DNA of 64,000 bases. Source: an uncultured Pseudomonadota bacterium. Its GTDB lineage: Bacteria > Pseudomonadota > Alphaproteobacteria > JACZXZ01. Of this stretch, positions 40,444-51,408 are shown piece after piece (the first letter of the stretch is position 1; the number at the start of each line of letters is the position of its first letter). The stretch is taken from positions 608,001-672,000 of the forward strand of contig CAVVLJ010000017.1 in the NCBI GenBank assembly GCA_963749075.1. Direction: 5' to 3'. The notes under the pieces are model-generated. The model did no database searches. It saw only the letters and a list, made by a program, of their open reading frames with translations, and had not been told where the DNA came from. The position numbers were made by a program, and so were the translations under genes.

Positions 40444-40594
40444 GGAATGGCCCAGAATGTCGATGGCGCCAAGGCCGCCGGGCGGCCGAATTCGCGGCCG
40501 GAAAATAGCACCCGGTGGCGGCCGCCCGCAACCGCCCCGGCGGCCGGCCAGCTTTCGCCGCCGGGCGGCCATCCGCCCGGATGGCGACGGCGGC

Positions 40595-41173
40595 CTAGCG
40601 CTTCTCCGTCCAGCTCTCGGAAAATGCCAGCGCGCAGGTGCTGAAGGGCTTTCCCTCGCGCTCCTTGGGCCACGGGCGGCCGGCCGCCTCGATGCCGTTG
40701 CGCGACAGGCGGGCGCCGAGCGCGGGCACCAGCACCGTGCACACGCCGTAAGGACGCCCCGGTTCCGCATTGGGCTGGGTGTGGATGAGCAGCGGCTCGC
40801 CGATCTCGTACCAGGTGAGCGCGATCTCCTCATCGCGCGAGACCACGCGCTCCGTCCAGAAATAGCGCGGGTCGCCGGAGCGGCTGAACTGGGCATCGAG
40901 CACGGGGATCGCCCTGTCGGCGGTCTCGGCGTTGAGCATGCCCTGGACGGTCGCTTGCAGCCAGCGCGCCATCGCGATGTTGTCCGAGTAGATGCGCCAG
41001 CGATTGTCCGTGAGCTCGCTCTTGACGTAGAGAACGTGCCCCGGCCCGGCAGGGCAGAAGACGATGCGCCAGAAGCTCGCATTCGTCGTGATGGCATCGC
41101 CGTCGTTCCGGCTCAGCCGGATGAAGGGGTTTTCGCCCGTGAGGATCACGCGGTTGGGGTCTGCGACGCTCAT
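40595..41173 (-). CDS. Hypothetical protein
   Basis: MSVADPNRVILTGENPFIRL...; GGAGG RBS and coding-like codon use; no family recognised. Confidence 0.7.
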   Translation of the reverse strand: MSVADPNRVILTGENPFIRLSRNDGDAITTNASFWRIVFCPAGPGHVLYVKSELTDNRWRIYSDNIAMARWLQATVQGMLNAETADRAIPVLDAQFSRSGDPRYFWTERVVSRDEEIALTWYEIGEPLLIHTQPNAEPGRPYGVCTVLVPALGARLSRNGIEAAGRPWPKEREGKPFSTCALAFSESWTEKR

Positions 41174-41306
41174 CTCATCGACCTCCCGGCGGCAAGAGCT
41201 CTCCCGCCACTCTACCAGCAGAGCTCGCTCCGGGTCTGTACTATACTGGCGAAGCCGCCGAAACGCTCGAGCCGGCATCCGGGCGGCAACCTGCCCAGGA
41301 GATGCG

Positions 41307-41729
41307 ATGGACGACATTCTCCTTGCTTTCGTCGTCTATGGCGCCGTCGTCGTGGCCTTCGGCGCTTGCGTCGCCGCCATCTCGCGCGGCGCGAGGGAAG
41401 CCGGCGGCGCGGAGCCGGGCAAGGGGAGCGGTGCCCGCGCGTTTCCCATATGGAGTCTCCTGGCGCTGGGCGTTCCCCTTTCGGGGCTCATCGGCGACCC
41501 CATCTTTGGACTTCTCGCGATCGGGCCTTTCGCCCAGCCCTCGACGCCCTGGGTTGCGCTCCTGGGATCGAGCCTGGCGGACTTGGGCTGGCTGCTCGCG
41601 GGCGCGGCACTCGGCGTCGGGCACTTCAACGCCCTCAAGCTCCATAGCCGGCTATCGACCTTCGCCGCGGCACTCGCCTTCTTCGCCATAGGGACCGTGC
41701 TGGCAAATGCCGACGCCTTCGCCAAGTGA
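41307..41729 (+). CDS. Hypothetical membrane protein
   Basis: AGGAG RBS; four hydrophobic segments. Confidence 0.6.
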   Translation: MDDILLAFVVYGAVVVAFGACVAAISRGAREAGGAEPGKGSGARAFPIWSLLALGVPLSGLIGDPIFGLLAIGPFAQPSTPWVALLGSSLADLGWLLAGAALGVGHFNALKLHSRLSTFAAALAFFAIGTVLANADAFAK

Positions 41730-41828
41730 AAGATCGCGCAACAGGCCTTGCGCGCCGGTGCAGCGAGCGGTTAGGGAGAAGCTGCCGGTCGAGCGCGGCC
41801 GGCGCGGGCAAAGATTTGGGAGGAATCC

Positions 41829-42101
41829 ATGCTCTTCATGGTGGTCGAGCGCTTCAAGAACCGCGACGCCAAGGCGGTCTATCGCCGCTTTCGCGAGCAA
41901 GGCCGCGGGGCGCCGGAGGGGCTCACCTACGTCAATAGCTGGATCGAGGCCAATTTCGACCGCTGCTTCCAGCTCATGGAATGCGACGACGCGCGCCTGC
42001 TCCAGCAGTGGGTCGCCTTCTGGGGCGATCTCATCGAGTTCGAGATCACGCCGGTCGTCCCCTCGGCGGAGACGCGCACGGCGATCGAGCCCTTGCTCTG
42101 A
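41829..42101 (+). CDS. DUF3303-like small protein
   Basis: [31 protein letters not shown]. Confidence 0.8.
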   Translation: MLFMVVERFKNRDAKAVYRRFREQGRGAPEGLTYVNSWIEANFDRCFQLMECDDARLLQQWVAFWGDLIEFEITPVVPSAETRTAIEPLL

Positions 42102-42108
42102 GGCGGCC

Positions 42109-42585
42109 GTGAGCGAGCGACCCGCCCCGCTCTCCTCCCTCGCCGAGCTCAAGGCGCGCTTGGCAACCGGCGAGCGCCTCCTCGGCCTCGACGTGGGGAG
42201 CAAGACGATCGGCCTGGCACTCTCCGACACTACGCTCACCGTGGCCTCGCCCATGGAGACCATCCGTCGCGGCAAGTTCGCGGCCGACGCCGAGCGGCTG
42301 CGGCGGATCATCGCCGAGCAGGGCGTGGGCGGCCTCGTCGTGGGGCTGCCGATCAACATGGACGGCAGCGAGGGGCCGCGCTGCCAGTCGGTGCGCCAGT
42401 TCGCCCAGAACCTCCTCGCCCGCGTCACACTCCCCCTCGCCTTCTGGGACGAGCGCCTCTCGACCGCGGCGGTGACGCGCACGCTCCTCGAGGCCGACAT
42501 GTCGAGGAAGCGCCGCGCCGAGACGGTCGACAAGCTGGCCGCCGCCTATATCCTCCAGGGCGCGCTCGACGCCGGCCGCGGCTGA
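42109..42585 (+). CDS. ruvX: RuvX/YqgF nuclease
   Basis: [48 protein letters not shown]. Confidence 0.95.
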   Translation: MSERPAPLSSLAELKARLATGERLLGLDVGSKTIGLALSDTTLTVASPMETIRRGKFAADAERLRRIIAEQGVGGLVVGLPINMDGSEGPRCQSVRQFAQNLLARVTLPLAFWDERLSTAAVTRTLLEADMSRKRRAETVDKLAAAYILQGALDAGRG

Positions 42586-42608
42586 GCGGCGGCAAGGCTA
42601 ATGCGTCA

Positions 42609-42728
42609 GTTTCACCTCATCCTTCGAGACGCCGCCTAAGGCGGCTCCTCAGGATGAGGTGAAACCCCTAGCACCGGGTCCTCATCCTGAGGAGCGTCGC
42701 GCATGCGACGCGTCTCGAAGGATGAGGA
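42609..42728. repeat. Palindromic intergenic repeat pair (REP-like), family B
   Basis: CTCATCCTTCGAGACG...CTCCTCAGGATGAG followed by the inverted unit CTCATCCTGAGGAGCG...CGTCTCGAAGGATGAG. Confidence 0.8.
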
Positions 42729-42822
42729 TCCAGCCGGACTGACCCACTATCTGGGCAATGCGGCCGTTGACAATCCGGGCGACGGGAGTAGCGTTTCGGG
42801 GAAGCCGCACGGGAGCATCCCA

Positions 42823-43704
42823 ATGAGCGTTCTCGCCGTCAATCAAGGGCCGCGCTACCGCCGTCTCGCGGGCGAGGCGGCAGCTTACGAGAAGATCTCG
42901 GTCGACAAGCTGACCCCCATCATCGGCGCCGAGATCGGCGGGGTGAGGCTGGCCGGGCCGCTCGACAACCGCACGCTCGACGAGATCAACCGCGCGCTCG
43001 CCGAGAACCTGGTGCTCTTCTTCCGCGACCAGGAGCTGACGCCGGAGCAGCACCTCGGCTTCGGCCGCCTCTTCGGCGAGCTCCACCTCCATCCGGCGGC
43101 ACCCCACGCGCCGGGCCGGCCGGAGCTCATGATCGTCCATGCCGACAAGGAGAGCTTCCGCGCCAACGGCGAGGGCTGGCACAGCGACGTGTCCTGCGAT
43201 GCCGAGCCGCCCATGGGCAGCATCCTCTACATCAAGACCTGCCCGCTCCAGGGCGGCGATACCCTCTTCGCCAGCATGTATGCGGCCTACGAGGCGCTCT
43301 CCGAGCGCATGAAGACCTACCTCGAGGGGCTCTCCGCCGTGCACGACGGCGAGCCCGCCTATCGCGGCACCTACGCCAACTACGGCATCGTGGACAAGGC
43401 GAGCTATCCGCGCGCCGAGCACCCGGTCGTGCGCACCCATCCCGTGACCGGGCGCCAGGCGCTCTACGTCAACCGCGGCTTCACCACGCACATCCTCGGC
43501 ATCCCGCGCGACGAGAGCGACGGCGTGCTCGCCTACCTCTTCGCGCACATGGAGAACCCGCTCTTCCAGTGCCGCTTCCGCTGGCGCGCCAACTCGCTTG
43601 CCTTCTGGGACAACCGCTCAACGCAGCACCGCGCCATGTGGGACTATTGGCCGCACACCCGCTCCGGCTTCCGCGTGACCGTGCGCGGGGAGAAGCCGGT
43701 CTGA
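42823..43704 (+). CDS. TauD/TfdA-family 2-oxoglutarate dioxygenase
   Basis: WHSDVS, GGDTLFA, HPVVRTHPVTGR, WDNRSTQHRA. Confidence 0.92.
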   Translation: MSVLAVNQGPRYRRLAGEAAAYEKISVDKLTPIIGAEIGGVRLAGPLDNRTLDEINRALAENLVLFFRDQELTPEQHLGFGRLFGELHLHPAAPHAPGRPELMIVHADKESFRANGEGWHSDVSCDAEPPMGSILYIKTCPLQGGDTLFASMYAAYEALSERMKTYLEGLSAVHDGEPAYRGTYANYGIVDKASYPRAEHPVVRTHPVTGRQALYVNRGFTTHILGIPRDESDGVLAYLFAHMENPLFQCRFRWRANSLAFWDNRSTQHRAMWDYWPHTRSGFRVTVRGEKPV

Positions 43705-43726
43705 CGCCGCCCGCGGGCGGTGCGGC

Positions 43727-44647
43727 ATGAGGCCGGTCCTCCTCGCGGTCGTCCCGGTCTTCCTCGTCATCGTGCTGGGCGCCGTCCTGCGCCGGCTCGG
43801 CTTTCCCGGCGACGCCTTCTGGCAGCAGACCAACCGCGTCAATTATTACCTCTTCTTTCCCGCCCTCCTGGTGCACACGCTGGCGCGCGCCAGCTTCCGC
43901 GGCGCCGGCATCGTCCCCATGCTGGGCTCGACCGCCTTCGCCATCCTCGCGACCAGCCTCCTCCTCTTCCTGCTGCGTCCGGCGCTCCGCATAGGCGGCC
44001 CCGCCTTCAGCTCGGTCTTCCAGGGGGCGGTGCGCCAGAACACCTTCGTCGGCCTCGCCGCGGCGGCGAGCCTCTACGGCCAGGAGGGCCTGACGCTGGC
44101 GGCCGTGCTGCTCGCGGGCTACGTGCCGCTGGTGAACCCGATCTGCATCGCCGTCTTGGTGCGCTACGGCAGCCGCGGCGGCGGCAGCGGCGGGGCCGCC
44201 CGCATGGCCGCCGAGATCGTGAAGAACCCGATCCCCATCGCTTGTGCTGTCGGCCTCTTCCTCGACCTCTCCGGCATCGGCCTGCCCTTCGGCTCAGCCG
44301 AGCTCCTCGGCATCCTCGGCGAGGCGTCGCTCGCGCTCGGGCTGCTCGCCACGGGTGCCGGGCTCGAGGCCATGGCGGTGCGCCGCCTGGGGCTGCCGAT
44401 CCTCGTGGCCTCGCTCGCCAAGCTCGTCCTCCTGCCGCTCCTCGTGGCGCTCCCGCTCGCCTTCCTCGGGGTGCACGGCTTGGCGCTCTCGATCGCCGTG
44501 CTCTTCGCGTCGCTGCCGAGCGCCTCGGGCTCCTACGTGCTGGCGGCGGTGCTCGGCGGCGATGCGGCACTCATGGCCGCCATCCTGGTGGTCGAGACCG
44601 CACTCGCCGTCGCCACCATGCCGGCGGCCCTGCTCCTTCTCACCTGA
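43727..44647 (+). CDS. AEC-family membrane transporter
   Basis: YYLFFPALL, VRQNTFVGLA, IVKNPIPIA, VLAAVLGGD; many TM helices. Confidence 0.85.
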   Translation: MRPVLLAVVPVFLVIVLGAVLRRLGFPGDAFWQQTNRVNYYLFFPALLVHTLARASFRGAGIVPMLGSTAFAILATSLLLFLLRPALRIGGPAFSSVFQGAVRQNTFVGLAAAASLYGQEGLTLAAVLLAGYVPLVNPICIAVLVRYGSRGGGSGGAARMAAEIVKNPIPIACAVGLFLDLSGIGLPFGSAELLGILGEASLALGLLATGAGLEAMAVRRLGLPILVASLAKLVLLPLLVALPLAFLGVHGLALSIAVLFASLPSASGSYVLAAVLGGDAALMAAILVVETALAVATMPAALLLLT

Positions 44648-44705
44648 GCGGGCTTCTCAGCTGAGCGCTGTTGACGCGAGCGGGCCGGCGCGCTAGAGCG
44701 GCCGG

Positions 44706-45197
44706 GTGTCCGCCGCCAGGCCCAAAGCCGAGACCCCCGCCATCCGCCCGGCGACGCTTGCCGACGTGCCGGCGCTGGTCGAGCTGGAGAACCGCATCTT
44801 CGCGGGCGACCGGCTCAGCCCGCGGAGCTTCCGCCATCTCATCGCCCACGGCCATGCCGCGGTCCTCGTCGAGGAGCGGGAGGGGCAGATCCGCGGCCTG
44901 GCCGTGCTGTTCTTCCGCCGCGGCAGCAGGGCTTCCCGCCTCTACTCCTTCGCCGTGGCGCCGGAGCATCGCGGCCGCGGCCTGGCCAAGGCGCTCCTCG
45001 AAGCTGCCGAGCGCGCGGCTGGGGCGCACGGCTGCACGGCGCTGCGGCTCGAGGTGCACAAGGAGAACCACCAGGCGCAGGCGGTCTATCGCAAGGCCGG
45101 CTACCACGCCTTCGCCAGCTACCCCGCCTATTACCACGACGGCGGCACAGCACTCCGCATGGAGAAGCGCCTCGAGGGCGGCCGGGCGGGCGCCTGA
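44706..45197 (+). CDS. GNAT acetyltransferase (RimI-like)
   Basis: RLYSFAVAPEHRGRGLA, LRLEVHKEN, YYHDGGTALRMEK. Confidence 0.88.
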   Translation: MSAARPKAETPAIRPATLADVPALVELENRIFAGDRLSPRSFRHLIAHGHAAVLVEEREGQIRGLAVLFFRRGSRASRLYSFAVAPEHRGRGLAKALLEAAERAAGAHGCTALRLEVHKENHQAQAVYRKAGYHAFASYPAYYHDGGTALRMEKRLEGGRAGA

Positions 45198-45477
45198 GGG
45201 GCGGCGGCGCGCCGCCGCCGCAGTTTTTTCGCGCGGAGGCAAATTTGCAGTTGAGGCTGCGGCGGGAATCGACGACGATCCGACCCTAGCCCTGATGCCA
45301 GGGCGGGACGGACGATCCGAGCGATGAGCCTGACCCTCGTGTGGACCGCAAAGGCCACAGCACCGCGACAAGCTGCTCCGACATGCCGACTGCGAGCAAC
45401 GACCCCGAGTGCTACGCCCGCGCGATGCGGGCGCAAGCGACGGCGGCTCTGACCATCGCCATGCCCAGGGCCGGCGC

Positions 45478-47043
45478 ATGACCGCGCATATCATCATCGT
45501 CGACCGGCGGGGCGACTTCAAATGGGACGAGGCCGGCCACCCGGTGGCGACCGCGCGCGAGTACCTCTCGCGCCCGGAGGCCTTCATGTCGCGCTACCCG
45601 CGCATCATCAACCTCTGCCGCGACTACGACTACATGAGCTACGGCTACTACTGCTCGCTCCTTGCCGAGGCGCGCGGCGAGCGCGTCATCCCCTCGGTCT
45701 CGACCATCCTCGACCTCTCGCGCAAGTCGATCTACGGCCTCGCCCTCGACGAGCTCGACGAGCTCCTCGAGAAGACCGCCAAGAAGGACGCCAAAGGCAC
45801 CTCCGGGTCCTTCGCCCTCCACGTCTTCTTCGGCATGCCCGAGGAGGAGCGCTACCAGGACCTGGCGCACCAGATCTTCGACCTCTTCCGCTGCCCGCTC
45901 CTCAAGGTGCAGATCAACCCGGGCGAGAAGTGGCGCGTCACCTCGATCGAGCCGGTGCCGCTCAACGAGGTCAAGCCCGAGCAGGAGCCCCTCTTCGTGC
46001 GGGCGCTCGAGGCCTACACAAGGGTCGCCTGGCGGCCGCCCAAGGCCAAGCCGCCGCCGCGCTTCTATCTCGCCGTGCTGCACAGCCCGCAGGAGGCCCT
46101 CCCGCCCTCCTCGCCGCGCACGCTGCAGAAGATCGTCAAGGTCGGCGAGCAGATGAACATCGAGGTCGAGCTCGTCGAGAAGAAGGACTACCACCGCATC
46201 GCCGAGTTCGACGCGCTCTTCATCCGCGAGACCACGGCGCTCGACCACCACACCTACCGCTTCGCCAAGAAGGCGGAATACGAGGGCATGGTGGTGATCG
46301 ACGACTCCACCTCGATCCTCCGCTGCACCAACAAGGTCTATTTGGCCGAGCTCCTGCGCTCGCACCGCGTGCCGACGCCGCGCACCCTCGTCGTCGACCG
46401 CGCGCGCATGGGCGAGATCGAGGCGGAGTTCGGCTATCCCCTCGTGCTCAAGATACCCGACGGCTCGTTTTCGCGCGGCATCCACAAGGTGACGGGCAAG
46501 CAGGAGCTCAAGGACCTCTCGGCCGAGCTCTTCCGCCGCTCCGAGCTCATCATCGCCCAGGAGTTCGTGCCGACCCAGTTCGACTGGCGCATCGGCATCC
46601 TCAATGGCCGCGCCGTCTACGCCTGCCAGTATTTCATGTCGCGCAACCACTGGCAGATCGTGAAGCACAGCGCGAGCGGCCGCTTCTCCGAGGGCGGCTG
46701 CAAGACGCTCGCGGTCGAGGAGGCGCCGCCATCCGTGGTCGATGCCGCGGTCAAGGCGGCGCGCCTCATCGGCGACGGCCTCTACGGCGTCGACCTCAAG
46801 GAGACCGAGCGCGGACCCGTGGTCATCGAGATCAACGACAACGCCAGCATCGACACGGGCTACGAGGACACCGTGCTCAAGGACGAGCTCTACCGCATCA
46901 TCCTCGGCGAGTTCGTCCGCCGCCTCGAGGCGCAGATGGAGCCGATCGGGGTCAATGGCGGGGAGGCGCCCCGCCCGGCAGTCACGAGTGTCGCGAGCGC
47001 GATCGAGCCCGCGCTGCCGTTTGAGGTGGGGAGGAAGGAGTGA
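45478..47043 (+). CDS. RimK-family ATP-grasp ligase with extended N-terminal domain
   Basis: IINLCRDYDYMSYGYYCSLLAEARG, DALFIRETT, CTNKVYL, LKIPDGSFSRG, GLYGVDLK, IEINDN. Confidence 0.9.
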   Translation: MTAHIIIVDRRGDFKWDEAGHPVATAREYLSRPEAFMSRYPRIINLCRDYDYMSYGYYCSLLAEARGERVIPSVSTILDLSRKSIYGLALDELDELLEKTAKKDAKGTSGSFALHVFFGMPEEERYQDLAHQIFDLFRCPLLKVQINPGEKWRVTSIEPVPLNEVKPEQEPLFVRALEAYTRVAWRPPKAKPPPRFYLAVLHSPQEALPPSSPRTLQKIVKVGEQMNIEVELVEKKDYHRIAEFDALFIRETTALDHHTYRFAKKAEYEGMVVIDDSTSILRCTNKVYLAELLRSHRVPTPRTLVVDRARMGEIEAEFGYPLVLKIPDGSFSRGIHKVTGKQELKDLSAELFRRSELIIAQEFVPTQFDWRIGILNGRAVYACQYFMSRNHWQIVKHSASGRFSEGGCKTLAVEEAPPSVVDAAVKAARLIGDGLYGVDLKETERGPVVIEINDNASIDTGYEDTVLKDELYRIILGEFVRRLEAQMEPIGVNGGEAPRPAVTSVASAIEPALPFEVGRKE

Positions 47044-47230
47044 GGCGGGTTGGAGCGGCCGCTATAATTCCGGGTCGGCAGATCAATTCACGGTTGCAAT
47101 CGTTCTTGTTTTGTGCTAAAGACATTAGCCAAGACGGCGGCCCACAAGGCCTCGCGTTGACAGGGGAAGCCACCACAACATATCGTGGTTCACCCGCATA
47201 GCCGAGATTTGCAGCGGAGGGACACTGGTC

Positions 47231-48169
47231 GTGGACATGGCATTTGCAGCCACCGGCAAGGGCCGCTCAGATCGCGACGCGATCATGGCTTGCGAGGACA
47301 ATCTCGCATTCATGCGCCGGCTGCCGAGGGAGTCGATGCAATTGATCGTGACGTCCCCGCCCTACAACATCGGCAAGGCTTACGAAGCCAAGTCGCCGCT
47401 CGATGCTTATGTCCAGGCGCAGGCGGAGGTGATCGCCGAGTGCGTGCGCCTGCTACACCCGCGCGGCTCGCTCTGCTGGCAAGTCGGGAACCACGTCCAG
47501 AAGGGAGAAATCTTCCCGCTCGACATCGTGCTCTACCCCCTATTCCGAGGACATGGCCTCAGACTGCGCAACCGCATCGTCTGGCATTTCGAGCATGGCC
47601 TGCACTGCTCCAAGCGGCTCTCCGGCCGCTACGAGACCATCATGTGGTTCACCAAGTCGGACGATTACGTCTTCAACCTTGACGCTGTCAGGGTTCCCTC
47701 GAAGTACCCTGGAAAGAAATATTTCAAGGGACCGAAGGTAGGCCAACTTTCCGGCAATCCGCTCGGCAAGAATCCGAGCGATGTGTGGATATTTCCGAAC
47801 GTAAAGAACAATCACGTCGAGAAGACGATCCACCCTTGCCAATTCCCGATCGAGCTTGTCGAACGTCTCGTGTTGTCGCTGACGAATCCGGGTGATGCGG
47901 TGTTTGATCCATGCATGGGTGTCGGGTCCACCGTCGTCGGTGCGCTCAAGCACGGCCGCGCCGGCTATGGCTGCGACATCGTACAAGAATACGTCGATGT
48001 CGCGTGGCGTCGCGTCCGTAAGCTTCGCGCCGGCACGCTTAGAACGCGCCCCATGGATAGGCCCGTCTATGATCCAGCCAAACCCCACGGCGGCCAAAGA
48101 GAACCCCGTCACGCCCGCCGGCAAAAGTCCCTCTTGTCGATCGTGGCGGAACTCGAGCGTGGCCTATGA
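47231..48169 (+). CDS. Type II R-M DNA methyltransferase (beta class, probably N4-cytosine)
   Basis: TSPPYN precedes HPCQFP and FDPCMGVGST; overlaps the endonuclease start. Confidence 0.92.
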   Translation: MDMAFAATGKGRSDRDAIMACEDNLAFMRRLPRESMQLIVTSPPYNIGKAYEAKSPLDAYVQAQAEVIAECVRLLHPRGSLCWQVGNHVQKGEIFPLDIVLYPLFRGHGLRLRNRIVWHFEHGLHCSKRLSGRYETIMWFTKSDDYVFNLDAVRVPSKYPGKKYFKGPKVGQLSGNPLGKNPSDVWIFPNVKNNHVEKTIHPCQFPIELVERLVLSLTNPGDAVFDPCMGVGSTVVGALKHGRAGYGCDIVQEYVDVAWRRVRKLRAGTLRTRPMDRPVYDPAKPHGGQREPRHARRQKSLLSIVAELERGL

Positions 48170-48777
48170 GACTCGTCACCCGATATTCGCATCTGAATGG
48201 GCTGGAGTATCTTAAGGTTCATAAGCCGAAGCTTTGGCGGGAGATACGCAGCGTCATCTCGCGGGTCGATGCGGCCACTTGCCGGACCAAGGTCTCGAAA
48301 GAGGTGCGCACGAAGGACAAGCTGCTGTACTCGCCGATCGAGCTGAACAAGGCGGTGAAGGGCGGCTTCAGGGCGCACGGCTGGAGCGAAAGCCGCACGT
48401 CTTATTGGGTTACCTCGGACGCGCGGCTCATCCGCAAGACGATGCACATGACGCCGGCCCAGCAGAAGGCCAAGATCGAAGCGTCGGGTCGCACCCCGAT
48501 TTACTCCTTTAACCAAACCGACTTCGTGAAAGAGCGCGTCGCCGTCGAGGTGCAGTTCGGCAAGTACGCCTTTGTCGCCTACGACCTCTTCGTGAAGCAC
48601 ATGGCATTCTTTGTCGGCGACGTAATCGACGTAGGGATCGAAATTCTGCCCATGAAGGAGTTGCAACAAGAGATGTCGTCCGGCGTCGGCTATTACGAGG
48701 GCGAGCTTTACAACCTAATTCGAGAAGGAAGGAGCATTCCGGCGGTGCCCCTTGTTCTGATCGGGGTTGCTGCTTAG
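48166..48777 (+). CDS. BglII/BstYI-family restriction endonuclease
   Basis: NQTDFVKERVAVEVQFGKYAFVAYDLFVKH, DVGIEILP. Confidence 0.88.
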   Translation: MRLVTRYSHLNGLEYLKVHKPKLWREIRSVISRVDAATCRTKVSKEVRTKDKLLYSPIELNKAVKGGFRAHGWSESRTSYWVTSDARLIRKTMHMTPAQQKAKIEASGRTPIYSFNQTDFVKERVAVEVQFGKYAFVAYDLFVKHMAFFVGDVIDVGIEILPMKELQQEMSSGVGYYEGELYNLIREGRSIPAVPLVLIGVAA

Positions 48778-48885
48778 ATTGAATTTGGCGACATACTGCT
48801 TTGTCATCTATTCCTCGGCAGAGCCGACTTCCAAGGCAGCGAGTCGCCCGGCGTACCGTGGCAGCCGCCAGCGCTCTCGGCATGG

Positions 48886-50034
48886 CTACCGACGTATGGC
48901 CTTCCGACGGGCTTTCGGCCGCAGCACCAGCATTAATTCGTCCGCGTGGTGGCGCGCCGCTCGGCCAGACAGTTCGTCTCCGTCCGTCCGTGTCCCACCA
49001 AGGGTACTGAACGTGCTCTTTACCCTACGTTCTTCTAGCCGGAAGTGCCGCTGTGCTATTTCGCGCACAAGATTTCCTGAAAGGCCATTAGAACAATCGT
49101 AGTTCGGGAATGTAACTATACCCGTTGCACCGACACACGATAATGTGCGCAGCAAGTCTTCGAGTGCGCCTGCGGATTCGCCTTTGAGACTGTATTTTGA
49201 GCGTGGCCGGTGCCGCGGAGCGGGATATCGTCCCACACCTGATACTGCGCCGCACTTGCCGACCGCTATTGTTTCGAGGACGTGATAGAATCGGCTGTAG
49301 TGAACCCCTGAATAGGGCGGATCGATAAAGACGAGGTCGCCGGCCCGGAGCGTGGGGACTATTCTATTTGCATCTGACCGCTCAGCATGTCCCTGTCGTT
49401 GCGCAAACTCCAGAGAAATCTGTTCGAATGCTTCCCGCGTCACGTCGGCAATATCACGCTTCCACGCGTCCGCTATAAACCGCTTTGCGGTTCTTGTCGG
49501 TTGAAATGGCTGCGCGGTGTGTCCCGGCGCGGCAGCCGACTTGCTAGCGGCATGGATGAGCGCCGCAAGAGCTACGGTTTTGTCCGGCTTTCGCGTTGGC
49601 AGACTTGCTCTCAACGCGTCAATCCAAGTTGCTTGTTCCGGACTAAAGTAATGTCCACCATACGCTTGGGTGACGACTCCCGATTGCGCAGCGCTCCATT
49701 TGCGATAGTCGGCGACAACAGAACGCGTGAGTCTCTCAGACCAAGGTACAGAGACCTTGTCTAACCATGCCTGCGCGGAGGCATGCCATTTCCTCCACAC
49801 TGCTCTCGCGCCGAGCGCGGCTACGCGACCGATAACGGCCTCAGCCAATACCACGCTATATTGTTGAAGATCGACAGCCAACACCGGAAGGGCAAAGCGC
49901 CGAGCCGCAAACGAAGCTACAGCGCCTGAGCCAGCGAATAAGTCCACAAAACGATCCGCCGAAGCGAGCTCCTTTTCAAGAAGGAGCCCGAGGCCGTTCC
50001 GCAGCATCGCCCGTTTGGACCCCATATATTTCAA
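48886..50034 (-). CDS. DNA adenine methyltransferase (alpha class)
   Basis: KYMGSK, DLFAGSG before FIDPPY, HYSRFYHVLET. Confidence 0.88.
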   Translation of the reverse strand: MKYMGSKRAMLRNGLGLLLEKELASADRFVDLFAGSGAVASFAARRFALPVLAVDLQQYSVVLAEAVIGRVAALGARAVWRKWHASAQAWLDKVSVPWSERLTRSVVADYRKWSAAQSGVVTQAYGGHYFSPEQATWIDALRASLPTRKPDKTVALAALIHAASKSAAAPGHTAQPFQPTRTAKRFIADAWKRDIADVTREAFEQISLEFAQRQGHAERSDANRIVPTLRAGDLVFIDPPYSGVHYSRFYHVLETIAVGKCGAVSGVGRYPAPRHRPRSKYSLKGESAGALEDLLRTLSCVGATGIVTFPNYDCSNGLSGNLVREIAQRHFRLEERRVKSTFSTLGGTRTDGDELSGRAARHHADELMLVLRPKARRKAIRR

Positions 50035-50057
50035 GTCTCACCTATACCCAACCGCCT

Positions 50058-51406
50058 TCAGCTTGGAGTCAAACTCCAAACGGCTACGCGCTCGCAACTG
50101 CCAAGCCCGACAAGCGCTTGACCGAGCTCACTTCCAACGCGGAAGAATGTCTGCTCCTCCCGTGGATGCCTGTTTTGAAAGATGTCGAGATCCCGCAAGA
50201 GCGGCTCTATATCCGCCCAGAGATCAAGTAGATCGTCCGCGCCCTTTGCATTATCCCACAGTCCACGCGATTGGCCCATACGCTCCCACCAGAAAGCTAT
50301 GGCATCGGACGTGAATCCCACTGATTGAAAGAGATCCGCGATCGAGCCCGATGCGACACGCAACAAGAGCGTCGCCCGCGCAACGATGGCGGAATGGCTA
50401 TTCTCCCTCGTTCCTGGCGAGATTCTTCGAGAATTCGAAAATGCTCAGGTTATCGGGGGCATTATTGCGGCAAAGGAACTTAAGCCATCGTTCTGCCGCG
50501 TCCTTGGAGAAACCCTGATTTTCCACAACCCTGGACGCGAGTTGCCGAAATCCTGTTGGATCGCGCGCGGCCGAAACGCCATTTTGTCCCTTGAAAATGG
50601 ATTCTACCGCCAAGCGCAGAATATGGCGATCAATCGTGTCAAACCGAGAGGGCTGGGAGGGCTCCAGAGCGAGCCAGATGTCTCGTGCGAACGTGAGCGT
50701 CTTGGATGGATCAAGACACCATGCATCCGGCATCCCGTCCGGACGGTAGCTCGAACTCGTTTCGAGCTTCTCTATCCTCCGTAGGCAATTGAAGATCCAT
50801 GCCCCATTGCAGAAACCATTCCTTGGCCTGAGGTGCGGCAACACTGCCACCGCCCAGCGGTGCAAGCCAGTCGTCCAACGTACGACCGTTAGGTCGTACG
50901 ATCGAGGCGAACAGATCACCAGACATAGGTTGTGCGCACCAATATTCCAGGCAGTCCCAAACAAATACATGGGTCGATGATTGGGCTCTCAATGCGGCCA
51001 CCGAATTGGGGGCGTCAATGACGAAATGGTACCTGTCAAAGACGCCCACGCCAGTTGTCGCGAGAAGCGACATCGCAGCTCGAAGCTCGGCGTAATAGGC
51101 TAGGTGGCGCGCCCTGTGGGGATCGCCGCGTAAGAGGGAGGAGATCGCCTTTCCGAGGTAACTCCACCCATCTGTACAATGCAGTAGACAGCTAGCTGCG
51201 ATGTATTGCGACAATTGACGTGGCCTTTTAAGGGCACCGGCTTTGCTTTCGAAAGCTATCTTCTTCTTTGTATCGATCACATACCAGTTTCGCTCACCGA
51301 CCCATCTTGAGGTTTTTGCAAAGTGCCTCAAGCCCGCCAGGGTCTTTTCGACATTTTTGCGCTTCAGCGATTGGACCGCGCCAAAATTGTGAGGGCTAAG
51401 TGACAT
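50058..51406 (-). CDS. Uncharacterised protein of about 450 aa with HEPN-like motifs; two +1 indels (~50756, ~50420)
   Basis: ORFs 50711-51406, 50398-50970 and 50058-50366 join on removing two single bases. HLAYYAELRAAMSLL, STH and restored ARNESSY resemble HEPN signatures. Confidence 0.65.
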
Positions 51407-51408
51407 AG

